Shown here piece after piece: positions 48,648 through 58,512 of a stretch of 64,000 nucleotides of DNA. The stretch's first letter is position 1. Every line of letters begins with the position of its first letter. Under the pieces are notes generated by a model. That model did no database searches. It had not been told where the DNA came from and was given only the letters and a program-made list of their open reading frames with translations. Source of the stretch: Myxococcales bacterium (lineage in GTDB: Bacteria; Myxococcota_A; UBA9042; JABWCM01); contig JABWCM010000001.1 in the NCBI GenBank assembly GCA_013360285.1, positions 11,328-75,327 of the forward strand, given 5' to 3'. A program made the translations under genes and the position numbers.

Positions 48648-50216
48648 CTAAATTACCGCGTTTCGATAGAGGCTCGGAAATCGGGCAAGAAACGCAATGA
48701 CCAACGCCATTTCGCGGCTGTCGACACATTCACCGATTTTGTGGGTATTTTGTTCGACACCCGGTCCGATGCCGAACATCGCGGGATGTTTGAAGTCTCC
48801 TGCGACAACCCACCGTTTTTGTTCGGTATACGGAATCGACTCATCGTTTTTCGGAACCGGGAATCCCACGCCGTCGGTGGAAAAAATCCACCGTGCGACC
48901 CGCGGATTTTGTTTGAGGCGTCCTGGTCCACCGTCTACGTTCACCTGGGGAGAACACACTTCGCGATAACACCGTTCGGCAACGGTGATCGCAGGATGTT
49001 CCGCAGGGGTCAGCCAGCCCGGATAAATCTGGGCATTTCCCGGTTTGTAGTTTTTCCATGTCGGTTCTGTGTACAGGGGCACCGAAATGTTGACGGTAAG
49101 CCCGGCTTCGCGAGCTGTTTTGACGGCCGCCAACCGTTCCACGTCGGAGACCGCTTGCTCGGGGCTTTCGCCAACGGTCAATCGCCGGTCAAACCGAAAT
49201 ACAAACCGGTCGGGAACCGCACAATCGCTGGGTGAATCCAACCAACACATACTTGCTGTGCGGGTTCCATGGCCCAAAAACGGGTCATCCAGAAATCCGT
49301 CCCGCCGATTGTACGCATCGGCTGCCTCTTTGAGAATCGCACCGCCATATTCCAATGGATTCAACCCTTCCCATGGCATGGACCCGTGGCAACTGCGCCC
49401 GATGATTTCCACCTCGATTTGCATCCGCCCCCGTTGCCCACGATAAATTCCCACGGCGCCGCCCTGAGAATCGCCGGTTCCTTCGGTCAGAATCACCACA
49501 TCCGGTACGCGGTTTTTGCCGTTTTGTGGAATATCCTTCTGCATCAGGTACATCGGGCCGCCGCCGTCATTGTCCTCTTCAGCCACCGTGGCATAACATC
49601 GTAATATCACCCCTTTCAACGCGCCCAGAGGGCGTAAAGCAAGAGCAACCTTGGTTGCGAGTACTTCACAAACCACGCCGCTTAACTGATCCGCAGCCCC
49701 ACGACCGAATACCAGATGGTGCCGCTCGCCATCGGGCGGAATGACCCCCAACTCGTTTTCCAGAAACCCCCAGTTGACTTTTTCGGGATTGACCATTCCA
49801 TCATAAGCGTCGATTCCGCCGCCGATTTTCTCCAACCAGCGGGGGCGAAGCGCTTTGACCGTATCTGTGTGGCCGTCGAGATAAATCACCGTTTTTTGTT
49901 CGGCCGGCACCCCATCATCGGGATCCTCTACCTGCCACCATAGGTTGCCGAATTCATCAAAACCGACGTCGGATTCGGAATCGACAGCGCCTAGTTCCAG
50001 AATCCGCCGGCGCATCAGCTCGAGTCGTGGACCCTCATGATTGGACAACCCACACAACGGGTCACCACCCTGGTCTACTGATTTGTCGACATAATCGGCA
50101 GGAATGCGGATTACCGCTTTCAGCAGGTCCACCGCTAGAGGAAGGTATTCTTGGGCCAACTCGGCTGCTTTTTGTGAAAGGAGATCGGGCGAAACGCTCA
50201 TGGGAAACCACTCCAA
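48648..50216 (-). CDS. M20/M25/M40-family metallopeptidase/amidohydrolase-like protein (YgeY-like neighbour of ygeW)
   Basis: VIYLDGHTDTV (HxDxV metal motif) and GRGAADQLSG (degenerate GRG(A/S)xD.KG). 522 aa. Adjacent to a YgeW-family gene, as in E. coli ygeW-ygeY. Confidence 0.55.
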   Translation of the reverse strand: MEWFPMSVSPDLLSQKAAELAQEYLPLAVDLLKAVIRIPADYVDKSVDQGGDPLCGLSNHEGPRLELMRRRILELGAVDSESDVGFDEFGNLWWQVEDPDDGVPAEQKTVIYLDGHTDTVKALRPRWLEKIGGGIDAYDGMVNPEKVNWGFLENELGVIPPDGERHHLVFGRGAADQLSGVVCEVLATKVALALRPLGALKGVILRCYATVAEEDNDGGGPMYLMQKDIPQNGKNRVPDVVILTEGTGDSQGGAVGIYRGQRGRMQIEVEIIGRSCHGSMPWEGLNPLEYGGAILKEAADAYNRRDGFLDDPFLGHGTRTASMCWLDSPSDCAVPDRFVFRFDRRLTVGESPEQAVSDVERLAAVKTAREAGLTVNISVPLYTEPTWKNYKPGNAQIYPGWLTPAEHPAITVAERCYREVCSPQVNVDGGPGRLKQNPRVARWIFSTDGVGFPVPKNDESIPYTEQKRWVVAGDFKHPAMFGIGPGVEQNTHKIGECVDSREMALVIAFLARFPSLYRNAVI

Positions 50217-50225
50217 AATGGTAAA

Positions 50226-51380
50226 TTAACGCAAAAACGATGCAAGTTTGGCTTTGAGGTCCGGCTGTTTGGCTCCGGCAAGAAGTGCCATGATCACATA
50301 GACTTTTTTGTTGGCTTCGCGGGATACGTCGACACGGAATCGATCGTAAACCGTACGCGCCACTTCCGCGCCTAAATCCGCCGGCAGACAATGCATGTAT
50401 TGAGCGTTGCCTCCTTCGGTCAAGGCGTGGCGGCGTTCGTCATAGATCCAATCGGTAAACGACCGGTTTCGTTCCAAAGCCGCCTTTTCGATCCGTTTCA
50501 TTGCCGCATCATCACGTTGTTCGGCCGCCGTGACCCGTTCCAACATCAAATCATAGGGTCCCCAGCTCTTTGGATATACGATGTCGGCATCGACAACGGC
50601 TTCGTCCATGTCATGGGTAACGGTAAAGGAGCCGCCGGTGCGTTCGGAATTGGCTTTGGCAATCTCCATGGTACTGGGAATCAACCCGTAGCCTTCGGGA
50701 TAGGCCAATCGTAAATGAACACCATAGCGGCTCAACAGGGTGATCAAGCCCTGTGGCACACTCAGGGGCTTTGCATAACTTGGCGAATAAGCCCAACTGA
50801 CAGTCATCGTCAGTCCACGCAGGTCTCCAAACCGCTCACGAAGCCACAGTAGGTCAGACATGGACTGCGTTGGGTGATCGACATCACATTGCAGATTGAC
50901 CATGGGCACTTCGCGCTTCACCCCGATAGCTGCGAGGTAATCATCGATCCCTTTTTTGGCCTCCCGCATAAACGTGTTGCCTTTTCCAAGGATCAAATCG
51001 TGGCGGATCCCCATTGCATGGCTGTTCATACCCAGCATACACCCGGTTTCTTCCGGTGTTTCACCGTGCGCGACCTGGGTGGCCGACCCATCGACAATAA
51101 AGGGATGTGCTCCCAATCTTGCCGAAGCACCGGCCCAACTGGAGCGGGTTCGTGTCGAATTATCAAAAAACAAAGCGGTATTGAGCTGGTGTGGAAACAA
51201 CGGGACCGCCACTCCGGCGCGATCAAACGATTCAAAGGCTTCAGCGAGCCGGGCGAGCGCTTCGATTTGGGTGTCGGAAAAATCAGAGGTCAACAACATA
51301 CTTTGGCCGACGAGTTGGGAAAGACCATCGGCGTCCAATTTTTCCCACTTGGAATGGGCCACTTCCAGAAAGTTCATCAC
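50226..51380 (-). CDS. ygeW: YgeW-family (knotted) carbamoyltransferase, OTCase/ATCase fold
   Basis: STRTR carbamoyl-phosphate motif (FDNSTRTRSSW), HCLP motif (MHCLPADLG). Long stretches match E. coli YgeW (..VNLQCDVDHPTQSMSDLLWLRERFG..WAYSPSYAKPLSVPQGLI..DADIVYPKSWGPY..). Confidence 0.85.
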   Translation of the reverse strand: MMNFLEVAHSKWEKLDADGLSQLVGQSMLLTSDFSDTQIEALARLAEAFESFDRAGVAVPLFPHQLNTALFFDNSTRTRSSWAGASARLGAHPFIVDGSATQVAHGETPEETGCMLGMNSHAMGIRHDLILGKGNTFMREAKKGIDDYLAAIGVKREVPMVNLQCDVDHPTQSMSDLLWLRERFGDLRGLTMTVSWAYSPSYAKPLSVPQGLITLLSRYGVHLRLAYPEGYGLIPSTMEIAKANSERTGGSFTVTHDMDEAVVDADIVYPKSWGPYDLMLERVTAAEQRDDAAMKRIEKAALERNRSFTDWIYDERRHALTEGGNAQYMHCLPADLGAEVARTVYDRFRVDVSREANKKVYVIMALLAGAKQPDLKAKLASFLR

Positions 51381-51605
51381 ACATTACTCCGGCGTTGTCG
51401 GTTCCCGATTGAAGCGCAAATGGTTCGCAAACCAGGAACACAGATGATGGCCGGGCCTTATGGCACGGGTTTTAACGCCGCGCAAGATCATTTATGTGGA
51501 AGTGAGCATCCGTGTCGGATAGTTGGCGAATCTCCTTGCAACGACGGGTTGGGTGCGATACGAAACCGACCAATGGTTACGACATCAACAACGGAGCAAC
51601 AAAAC

Positions 51606-52391
51606 ATGAAACACGACAGTGCCGCGTTGTTTGAACGTACAGCGGTACATGATGTCGCAGTCGACATACCGTTGAAACAAAGTGAGATGGTTCGTATCGA
51701 CGCAACGCTGGCTATGATCCCCAAAGATGTCATTTCGGTACTGGATGTGGGGTGTGGACCAGGTAAATTAATGGCGCGAATCGATCGACCCGTGGTAATG
51801 GGCACCGATCTCGGGCGGGTAGGGCTCAAACGGGCGACAAAGCCAGTGGTTCGTTCGTCGATCACCCGACTTCCATTTGCCGACCACTCCGTCGATTTGG
51901 TGTTGTGCGCCGAAGTGTTGGAACACCTGCCCGTCGAGTTGGTTGCCCCCGCCTGTGCCGAATTGGTTCGGGTGGCCAAACGATATGTGTTGATTACGGT
52001 GCCGTATCGCGAAAACCTGTTGGAGTCATCCAGTCAGTGTCCGGTTTGCCGCCACGTGTTTCATCTCCACGGCCACCAACAATCGATGGACGTTGCTAAA
52101 CTGGCGCCACATTTTCCGGAGGTTGGTAAGATCACGGTGGAGTTGGTATGGAAGGTGCGCCCGTGGTCGCCGTTATTGCTTAAGTTACGAACGTTTAGTT
52201 TTGGGCTGTGGAAATATAGCCCTCATGCGCTGTGCCCGGCTTGCGGCAACAACCGGTTTGAAAATCAGGAGACCCACCTTATGTACCGCCTGTTTTCCGG
52301 AATCAACCAACTGTTGCGCCCTGTTCGTTCCCACCCCCATTGGTTGTTGTTTCGTTACGAAACGGCAGAGCCGACAGCACCAAAACCGTGA
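51606..52391 (+). CDS. Class I SAM-dependent methyltransferase
   Basis: Motif I VLDVGCGPGKL, post-I acidic (GTDLG), motif II/III LVLCAEVLEHLP. Start ATG 51606 (MKHDSAALF). The six-frame ORF 50874..52391 has a 240-aa N-terminal extension antisense to ygeW, judged spurious. The 3' end overlaps the convergent SSS gene by ~89 nt. Confidence 0.7.
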   Translation: MKHDSAALFERTAVHDVAVDIPLKQSEMVRIDATLAMIPKDVISVLDVGCGPGKLMARIDRPVVMGTDLGRVGLKRATKPVVRSSITRLPFADHSVDLVLCAEVLEHLPVELVAPACAELVRVAKRYVLITVPYRENLLESSSQCPVCRHVFHLHGHQQSMDVAKLAPHFPEVGKITVELVWKVRPWSPLLLKLRTFSFGLWKYSPHALCPACGNNRFENQETHLMYRLFSGINQLLRPVRSHPHWLLFRYETAEPTAPKP

Positions 52392-54021
52392 CACATCCGG
52401 TCACGTTGTACCACAGAAATCCGACGTCGGTGAAAAAAAACATCAACAAAACAACCAGTTCCGACACAATTGCCGCGAAAAACACCGGGGTTGCACGCGC
52501 TGTTCGCACAAAAAATCCGGCCAGAAACATGCCCAACACCGTGCCATAAAATAAGCTGCCTAAAATGTTGACCGCTTGAATCAGGTTGTCGAGCAGAGAA
52601 GCAAATGACGCAAAAGCAATGGCCAACACACCAAACAGAATCGTGAACCCCTTGGAAACCACAAGATAATGGTGATTGGTTGCCGTCGTGTTCCAGGAAC
52701 GGCGGTAAAAATCAACCGTCATACAAGCCCCGAGCGCGCTCAACTCACCGGCAACCGACGACATCGCGGCGCACAAAATCACCGCCACCAATAAACCGAC
52801 AAGTCCAATGGGAACCCAAGCCAACACGAAGGTCAAAAAGATATAATCCGAATCCTTTGTTTCCGCTCCAGGAATCGCTTCGGCAATCACCTTTTTGGCT
52901 GTTTCCCGTACGGATTTACTTTCGGCGAAAAGCCGTACCATTTCCTGTTGTGCCACAGATGTTTGTGCCGATCCGCTGTCTGCTTCATTTAGATAACGGA
53001 TGGTCCAGTCCCGTTTTTCGGAAAAGATCCGCTCATGGTCGGTAAGCAGTTGTTCGTATCGGGCAGCATGTTCGGTTTGCGCCACCCGTTTCTCGGTGGC
53101 TTGGTCGAAAAAAAGCGGCGGAGCAACAAACTGATAAAATACAAATACCAACACTCCGACCAAGAGGATCAAAAACTGCATCGGCACCTTCAAAATACCA
53201 TTAAACAACAGACCCAATCGGCTTTCCGCAATCGATTTTCCGGAAAGATACCGTTGGACCTGCGAATGATCGGTACCGAAATAAGCCATGGCCACAAACA
53301 ATCCGCCGGTAATACCCGACCAGAATGTATACCGGGACTCGAGATTCAATCCGAAGTCGATCGCATTTAACTTACCATGTACCGCAGCAACACGCAGCGC
53401 ATCGGTGATGGAGACATCATTGGGTAAATTGGAGAGCACGAGAATCAACGCAAGCACCATTCCCAACAACATCACCACCATCTGATGTTTCTGGGTTTGG
53501 CTCACCGCTTTGGTGCCGCCGGAAACGGTGTACACAATCACCAGGCTACCCATAGCCAATATGGTCCAGCGCAGTGGCCAGTCCAATATCGCCGACAAAA
53601 TGATGGCTGGGGCATACAACGTGATTCCCGCGGCCAAACCTCGTTGCACCAAAAACAACAAAGCTGCAAGTTGGCGGTTTTTTTTGTCAAACCGGCGTTC
53701 GAGGTATTCATAGGCGGTGAGCACTCTCAACTGAAAATACCGGGGTACAATCAACGCTGAAAGCAAGACCATCGCGATTGGGAGACCGAGATAAAACTGT
53801 ACGAATCGGAGTCCATCTTCATAACCCTGGCCGGGAGTGGACAAAAAGGTGATCGCGCTGGCTTGAGTCGCCATTACCGACAATCCCACCGTTGTCCACG
53901 ACAGGTCATTGTCTCCGCGCAAATACCCTTCCATGGTGCGCACACCGCGAGTGCGCCAGGCGCCATACGCCACAATCAACACGATGGTGCCAATGGTGAC
54001 CAGCCAATCAATGGCAGTCAT
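52303..54021 (-). CDS. Sodium:solute symporter family (SSF/SSS) transporter
   Basis: 572 aa, 13-14 TM segments, N-terminus MTAIDWLVTIGTIVLIVAYGAWRTRGV..GYLRGDNDLSWTTVGLSVMATQASAITFLSTPGQGY typical of SSS proteins. Start overlaps the stop of the small subunit gene (ATGA). Confidence 0.85.
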   Translation of the reverse strand: MTAIDWLVTIGTIVLIVAYGAWRTRGVRTMEGYLRGDNDLSWTTVGLSVMATQASAITFLSTPGQGYEDGLRFVQFYLGLPIAMVLLSALIVPRYFQLRVLTAYEYLERRFDKKNRQLAALLFLVQRGLAAGITLYAPAIILSAILDWPLRWTILAMGSLVIVYTVSGGTKAVSQTQKHQMVVMLLGMVLALILVLSNLPNDVSITDALRVAAVHGKLNAIDFGLNLESRYTFWSGITGGLFVAMAYFGTDHSQVQRYLSGKSIAESRLGLLFNGILKVPMQFLILLVGVLVFVFYQFVAPPLFFDQATEKRVAQTEHAARYEQLLTDHERIFSEKRDWTIRYLNEADSGSAQTSVAQQEMVRLFAESKSVRETAKKVIAEAIPGAETKDSDYIFLTFVLAWVPIGLVGLLVAVILCAAMSSVAGELSALGACMTVDFYRRSWNTTATNHHYLVVSKGFTILFGVLAIAFASFASLLDNLIQAVNILGSLFYGTVLGMFLAGFFVRTARATPVFFAAIVSELVVLLMFFFTDVGFLWYNVTGCVTVLVLSALPFRNETTTNGGGNEQGATVG

Positions 54022-54212
54022 ACAAACACCTTCCCGAGTACGACGAACAGGATTATTTCAACGACCAACACCCCGATAACGACTCCATAGATTTTTTTCC
54101 AACTGCCCAATATCGGCGGTTGTTCATTCAGGTCGGCACGGTGTTCGTGGTCACCTGTTGGTAAATTAGCGTTTGCCATAATGCACCACGTTGGAAAAGA
54201 GTCGGTAAGCAC
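54018..54212 (-). CDS. Small single-TM membrane protein; putative SSS-transporter small subunit (DUF4212-like)
   Basis: C-terminal TM helix KIYGVVIGVLVVEIILFVVLGKVFV, translationally coupled to the symporter gene. Start may be the internal Met at 54179 (MANANLPTG..). Confidence 0.5.
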   Translation of the reverse strand: MLTDSFPTWCIMANANLPTGDHEHRADLNEQPPILGSWKKIYGVVIGVLVVEIILFVVLGKVFV

Positions 54213-56658
54213 CGGGAACGCCCGCCGGCAACTGCCGGAAAAAAGCCAACCCGGTATAAATGATGTGGCCCTTTCCGTAGGGGGCCACCACTAGGCTTCC
54301 TTGCAGAGATTTTTCACCGGGATCGTTCATTTCCAAAACCGGAACAAATTCGGGCCCCCAACTTTCGGCAAAATAAAGACCCCGCTCCTGTACCCAGCCC
54401 TCGAAGTCCGCCGGGCCGATGGGATTGGGACCGCGCACAATCGGATGATTCGGATCTAAAAATGAGATCGGAGACCGTTCATCCGTAACCCGTTCTCGGC
54501 CGATATTCAGTGTAAACGGAGCGATGGGACAAATCAGGTCACTGCGAGGGGTCTTGGTATTGTATTGAACGACAAGCGTCCCACCTTTGTGAACAAACTC
54601 CAACAAATGGGGCTGCCAACTTTTGATTCGCGGCGTGGAGCTGTAAACCCGCACTCCCGTGATGATCGTATCGAAACGCGATAACGACGACCCCAAAATC
54701 TGTGCGTCACCTAGGGTTTCGACATCAAATCCCACCTGACGTAAACTATCTGCGACTTTGTCTCCGGGGCCTTCGATATAGCCGACACGCGCAGTTGGCT
54801 TTTTAAGATCGACGACACGGATCAATTGTTCTGCCGGCATGTGCAGGACCATCGGAGACAAATGTTTGTGGTCGATGGTCTGGCGTGAGCCCGAATAGGT
54901 CTTTCCCTGAAACTCAATGACTCCCGTAAGTTTGCCGGCGGTCAGGTCGGGAGCGGTTGCCGTAACCATCACTACCACACTTTGTTCTTCGCCGGCGGCG
55001 GTGATGTCAAAATCCATTGAAGGTGGTTTGATTTGCAACCCGTCCGGACCCGACAATCTGACCGTGCCTTTGGCGTTGGCGCTTGCGGCACGTAATCGCA
55101 GCCTTACGGGGGTGGGTATTTTATGCGGCACAGCGATTGCCGATTGTTCAAATGTGATGCTGACAGGCGGAGTGACCACAAACGGCCGCCGGCGTTCGCC
55201 ATCGACGGCATCGACCCACTTGTAAGATAACGGCAACTGCCATTCAAAGGGTTTCCCGCCGATATTCACCGAAAACGTGACCGGTAGCGGAATAGGACCG
55301 ATCGCATCGCCAATGGCGGACAGTTCGGTGACGGTGTGCTGATAAGGCGATGAGGGTTCTTTAAGCCAATAAGGTGTTGTCCAGGCCTCGGACTCTTTCA
55401 ATAGGAGCGACCCATTCAAAATCGCAGGTTTTTGTGGTGTAACCTCCATTTCGGAGGCCAATTCGGCTCCATCCGGAAGGGTCACCGAACGCAGTATCAC
55501 ATCGGCAAGAGCCCGCGCATACACTTCCACCCGGACCGGAACAGTTGAACCAGGGGAAGCTTCGTCTATGGTTGCATTGGCTTCCAGGTGTAATCCCGCC
55601 GCAGAAGCGACCAGGGTTTGGATGTCGCGGATTTTGCTGTCCCGCAGTGCACTTTTTGGCAAAGATTCCAAAACCGCAAGGATCTGGATCAACTTTGGAA
55701 TGACTCGATGAGGATGATGGATGTCCAATTCGGCGGCGGCTTCACCCACGAGTTGGGTCACCGATTCGCCACCCGCCTGCCTTTTCCAGGAAAAATCCAA
55801 ACCCGCAAATGGATCGCGGTGATTGGGATTGTCTTCTTTGGGATCCGAGCCGGCAAGATGGGTAAAATATTCGGCGACCGGTCCCCGTTCTTCCGCGGCG
55901 CCAAAACCTTGGCTTTTGTGCATCGACCGGCTTTTTCCGGCAACTTCGCCCATCAAAAGCCCCAACAGAGGATTATATTTTCCGACGTCTAATGTAAGAT
56001 AACCAGACGTGTCGCTTTCCGGAGTCAGATTCCAGTGAGACACATTGTGCAAAAGTCGTTTACTTTTCCATGGTGTGACCAACGCCAACTGCTCTGGATA
56101 GGCCTCCGGATCGGCCGCTTTGATAAATGCTTCCGCCGCCAAAACAGCCGAGGCCGTATGATGTCCATGGGTTGGGCGGCCCCCCGTTTCAAATCGGGTG
56201 ATGATCACATCCGGTTGAAATTTGCGGATCACCCACACCAAGTCGCCCAACACTTGCTCTTTACCCCACAATCGTAATGATTCTTCGGTGGTTTTGGAGT
56301 ATCCGAAGTCGATGGCGCGGGTAAAAAATTGCTCTGCACCGTCGAGTCTCCTGGCGGCCAACAACTCGTGGGTTCGAATGATACCCAGCAATTCCGCTTG
56401 TTCGGTGCCGATGAGATTTTGGCCGCCGTCTCCTCTGGTTAACGAAACATAAGCTGTTCTTAACTTCAGTTCATTGGCAAGATAAGATAACAGCCGAGTA
56501 TTTTCGTCGTCGGGATGCGCCGCCACGTATAGCACGCTTCCGGCAATAGCCAACTTATCGATTCCAAGGGCGATTTCCGACGCGGGTTTGGCCACGACCG
56601 CCGGAGCTATCCATATACCAGCCATAAATACCAACAACCATGTTCGAAAAACCATCAT
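54166..56658 (-). CDS. Secreted 830-aa multidomain protein with N-terminal PIG-L/LmbE-family (GlcNAc-type) deacetylase domain
   Basis: Signal peptide MMVFRTWLLVFMAGIWIAPAVVA. PIG-L motif VLYVAAHPDDENTRLLSYL..VSLTRGDGGQN and downstream HHTASAVLAAEAF. ~550 additional C-terminal residues of unknown function. Confidence 0.7.
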   Translation of the reverse strand: MMVFRTWLLVFMAGIWIAPAVVAKPASEIALGIDKLAIAGSVLYVAAHPDDENTRLLSYLANELKLRTAYVSLTRGDGGQNLIGTEQAELLGIIRTHELLAARRLDGAEQFFTRAIDFGYSKTTEESLRLWGKEQVLGDLVWVIRKFQPDVIITRFETGGRPTHGHHTASAVLAAEAFIKAADPEAYPEQLALVTPWKSKRLLHNVSHWNLTPESDTSGYLTLDVGKYNPLLGLLMGEVAGKSRSMHKSQGFGAAEERGPVAEYFTHLAGSDPKEDNPNHRDPFAGLDFSWKRQAGGESVTQLVGEAAAELDIHHPHRVIPKLIQILAVLESLPKSALRDSKIRDIQTLVASAAGLHLEANATIDEASPGSTVPVRVEVYARALADVILRSVTLPDGAELASEMEVTPQKPAILNGSLLLKESEAWTTPYWLKEPSSPYQHTVTELSAIGDAIGPIPLPVTFSVNIGGKPFEWQLPLSYKWVDAVDGERRRPFVVTPPVSITFEQSAIAVPHKIPTPVRLRLRAASANAKGTVRLSGPDGLQIKPPSMDFDITAAGEEQSVVVMVTATAPDLTAGKLTGVIEFQGKTYSGSRQTIDHKHLSPMVLHMPAEQLIRVVDLKKPTARVGYIEGPGDKVADSLRQVGFDVETLGDAQILGSSLSRFDTIITGVRVYSSTPRIKSWQPHLLEFVHKGGTLVVQYNTKTPRSDLICPIAPFTLNIGRERVTDERSPISFLDPNHPIVRGPNPIGPADFEGWVQERGLYFAESWGPEFVPVLEMNDPGEKSLQGSLVVAPYGKGHIIYTGLAFFRQLPAGVPGAYRLFSNVVHYGKR

Positions 56659-56868
56659 CGTAAACTGACTCCTTATCCGCCTAGCAGGTTAGTCCACAAA
56701 CTCAAAAGAGATGTGGGCGAGTTGTTTTCAACCAATCCTGGACCGATGTCCATCCCGGAATCGGTAGTGCGGCGAAATTTTTGTGCTAAAAACAGACATC
56801 TTGTGAAAAGGCGGGGGCAACGTGATAGGTATTGGGGGTAATCAAGCGGGGGCATAACGTTAAATGAG

Positions 56869-58512
56869 ATGGGTGTGTTCTTGATGAAAGACCGGAAAGT
56901 TCGACATTTTGCCGCGGATTATTGTAACAACGATACCCGTGTTGAAGGCATATTTCCTCACCATTTTCTCGATGAACGTTCGATCGCACATCGGTTGCAG
57001 ATTGCGGCGACGAAAACAAGTTGTGCCGCCGTAGTGGCAACTTTGCGTGACGCCACACCAAATCCTTCGGAAACCACGCGGCGCCATTTGGAGTGGCTTG
57101 AGCAAGGAAATACGGTCGCCGTAGTGGCTGGGCAACAGGTCGGATTGTTTTTGGGACCCGCGTTTGCGTTTTATAAAGCTGCCGGCGTGATTCGCACAGC
57201 ACAGCAGATTCACAAACAGTTTGGAGTGCGTGCGGTGCCGATCTTCTGGCTTCAAAACGAAGATCACGACATCGAAGAAATCCGGTCGGCTACCATTCCG
57301 ACTCGCGACGGTCTGGTCGTAACGTCGTTGTCGGCCTCCACTCACCGTCCAAAAACGTCGATTCGTGACGAACTTCTGGGGCCGGAGATCACCAGTGCAC
57401 TCGGCACGGTTGCCGAAGCGTTGGCGGGTCGGGCAAAAGCCGCCGAAGTGATGGATTGGTTGGGGCGTCACTATCGTCCTGATGCCACCTACAGCGAAGC
57501 TTTTGCCGGCGCGCTGGGTGAATGGTTTGCCGACGAAGGGTTGTTGTTTGTGGATGCACGGCATCCCCAGTTTGCTGCGGCATCGCGGGATTTGATGAAA
57601 CAAGCTTTGGTACAAACCGAAACCATTTCCGCCGCGTTGGCCGAACAAAATGAACGATTGATGTCATTAGGTTACTCACCAACGGTTTATGTACGACCCC
57701 GGTCTCCGTTGCTGTTTGTGCATCCCGACGGTGCGAATGGGCCGAGGTATCGCCTCGAAGCCAACGACAATGACGCCTACACCGTGGTCGGTTATCCCGA
57801 ACATCGAACCATGACAACAGGGCAATTGGAGGCCTTAATCGATGCTGATCCACGTGCGGTATCGACTTCGGCTTTGTTGCGGCCAGTGATTCAAGATTCC
57901 TTGCTGCCGACGGCCGTGATGTTGGGGGGGCCATCGGAGTTGGCGTATCTGGCACAATGTGTTCCGCTGTATTCGTTGTTCCGCCAAACGTTGCCGGTGA
58001 TATGTCCACGGCCCAGTTTTTGTATTTTGCTGCCACGTACATGGTCCTTGATGCGTCGAATTGGGTTGGACTCCATCGATTTATCACTGCCGTGGGATCA
58101 ACTGGTCGCCCGACATTTGGCACAAACGGAGGGGGGGATTCCGACGCCCGACGTGGTTTCCGAACTGTTGACGACGTCGCTTGGAGACGTCATTCAACAA
58201 TTGCATTTGGCCAGTGTGCCGATGGGGTCGATGATGGAATCAGCGCTCAGAAAAACCGAGAATACGTTGAATTTTGCTGTGCGCCGCTTCGGTGAGCATT
58301 ATCGGAAAACCTATTTCATTCGCGACAAAGAAAGTGCCGAACGTTGGGCCAAATTAAAAGCGGAAATCCGCCCCGGCAACATTCCCCAGGAACGGGTGGT
58401 CAGCGTTGTGGCCTATGCTGCGGCGGTGGGGATGAACACGTTTAAACACAAAGTACTGGAGCATACGGTGCCGTTTACCTATGGAACGAAGGAGATTTTG
58501 TGGCAAACCTGA
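56869..58512 (+). CDS. bshC: Bacillithiol biosynthesis cysteine-adding enzyme BshC
   Basis: AVVAGQQVGLFLGPAFAFYKAAGVIRTAQQIHKQFGVRAVPIFWLQNEDHDIEEI parallels B. subtilis BshC (AVVGGQQAGLLTGPLYTIHKI..VPVIPIFWVAGEDHDLDEI). Also LRPVIQDSLLPTAVMLGGPSELAYL versus [25 protein letters not shown]. 547 aa. Confidence 0.85.
   Translation: MGVFLMKDRKVRHFAADYCNNDTRVEGIFPHHFLDERSIAHRLQIAATKTSCAAVVATLRDATPNPSETTRRHLEWLEQGNTVAVVAGQQVGLFLGPAFAFYKAAGVIRTAQQIHKQFGVRAVPIFWLQNEDHDIEEIRSATIPTRDGLVVTSLSASTHRPKTSIRDELLGPEITSALGTVAEALAGRAKAAEVMDWLGRHYRPDATYSEAFAGALGEWFADEGLLFVDARHPQFAAASRDLMKQALVQTETISAALAEQNERLMSLGYSPTVYVRPRSPLLFVHPDGANGPRYRLEANDNDAYTVVGYPEHRTMTTGQLEALIDADPRAVSTSALLRPVIQDSLLPTAVMLGGPSELAYLAQCVPLYSLFRQTLPVICPRPSFCILLPRTWSLMRRIGLDSIDLSLPWDQLVARHLAQTEGGIPTPDVVSELLTTSLGDVIQQLHLASVPMGSMMESALRKTENTLNFAVRRFGEHYRKTYFIRDKESAERWAKLKAEIRPGNIPQERVVSVVAYAAAVGMNTFKHKVLEHTVPFTYGTKEILWQT

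Noticed and set aside
50874-51605. N-terminal 240 aa of the six-frame ORF 50874..52391
   Set aside because: It lies antisense to the well-supported ygeW gene and has Arg/Gly/His-rich junk composition. Only the C-terminal methyltransferase part from ATG 51606 is credible.
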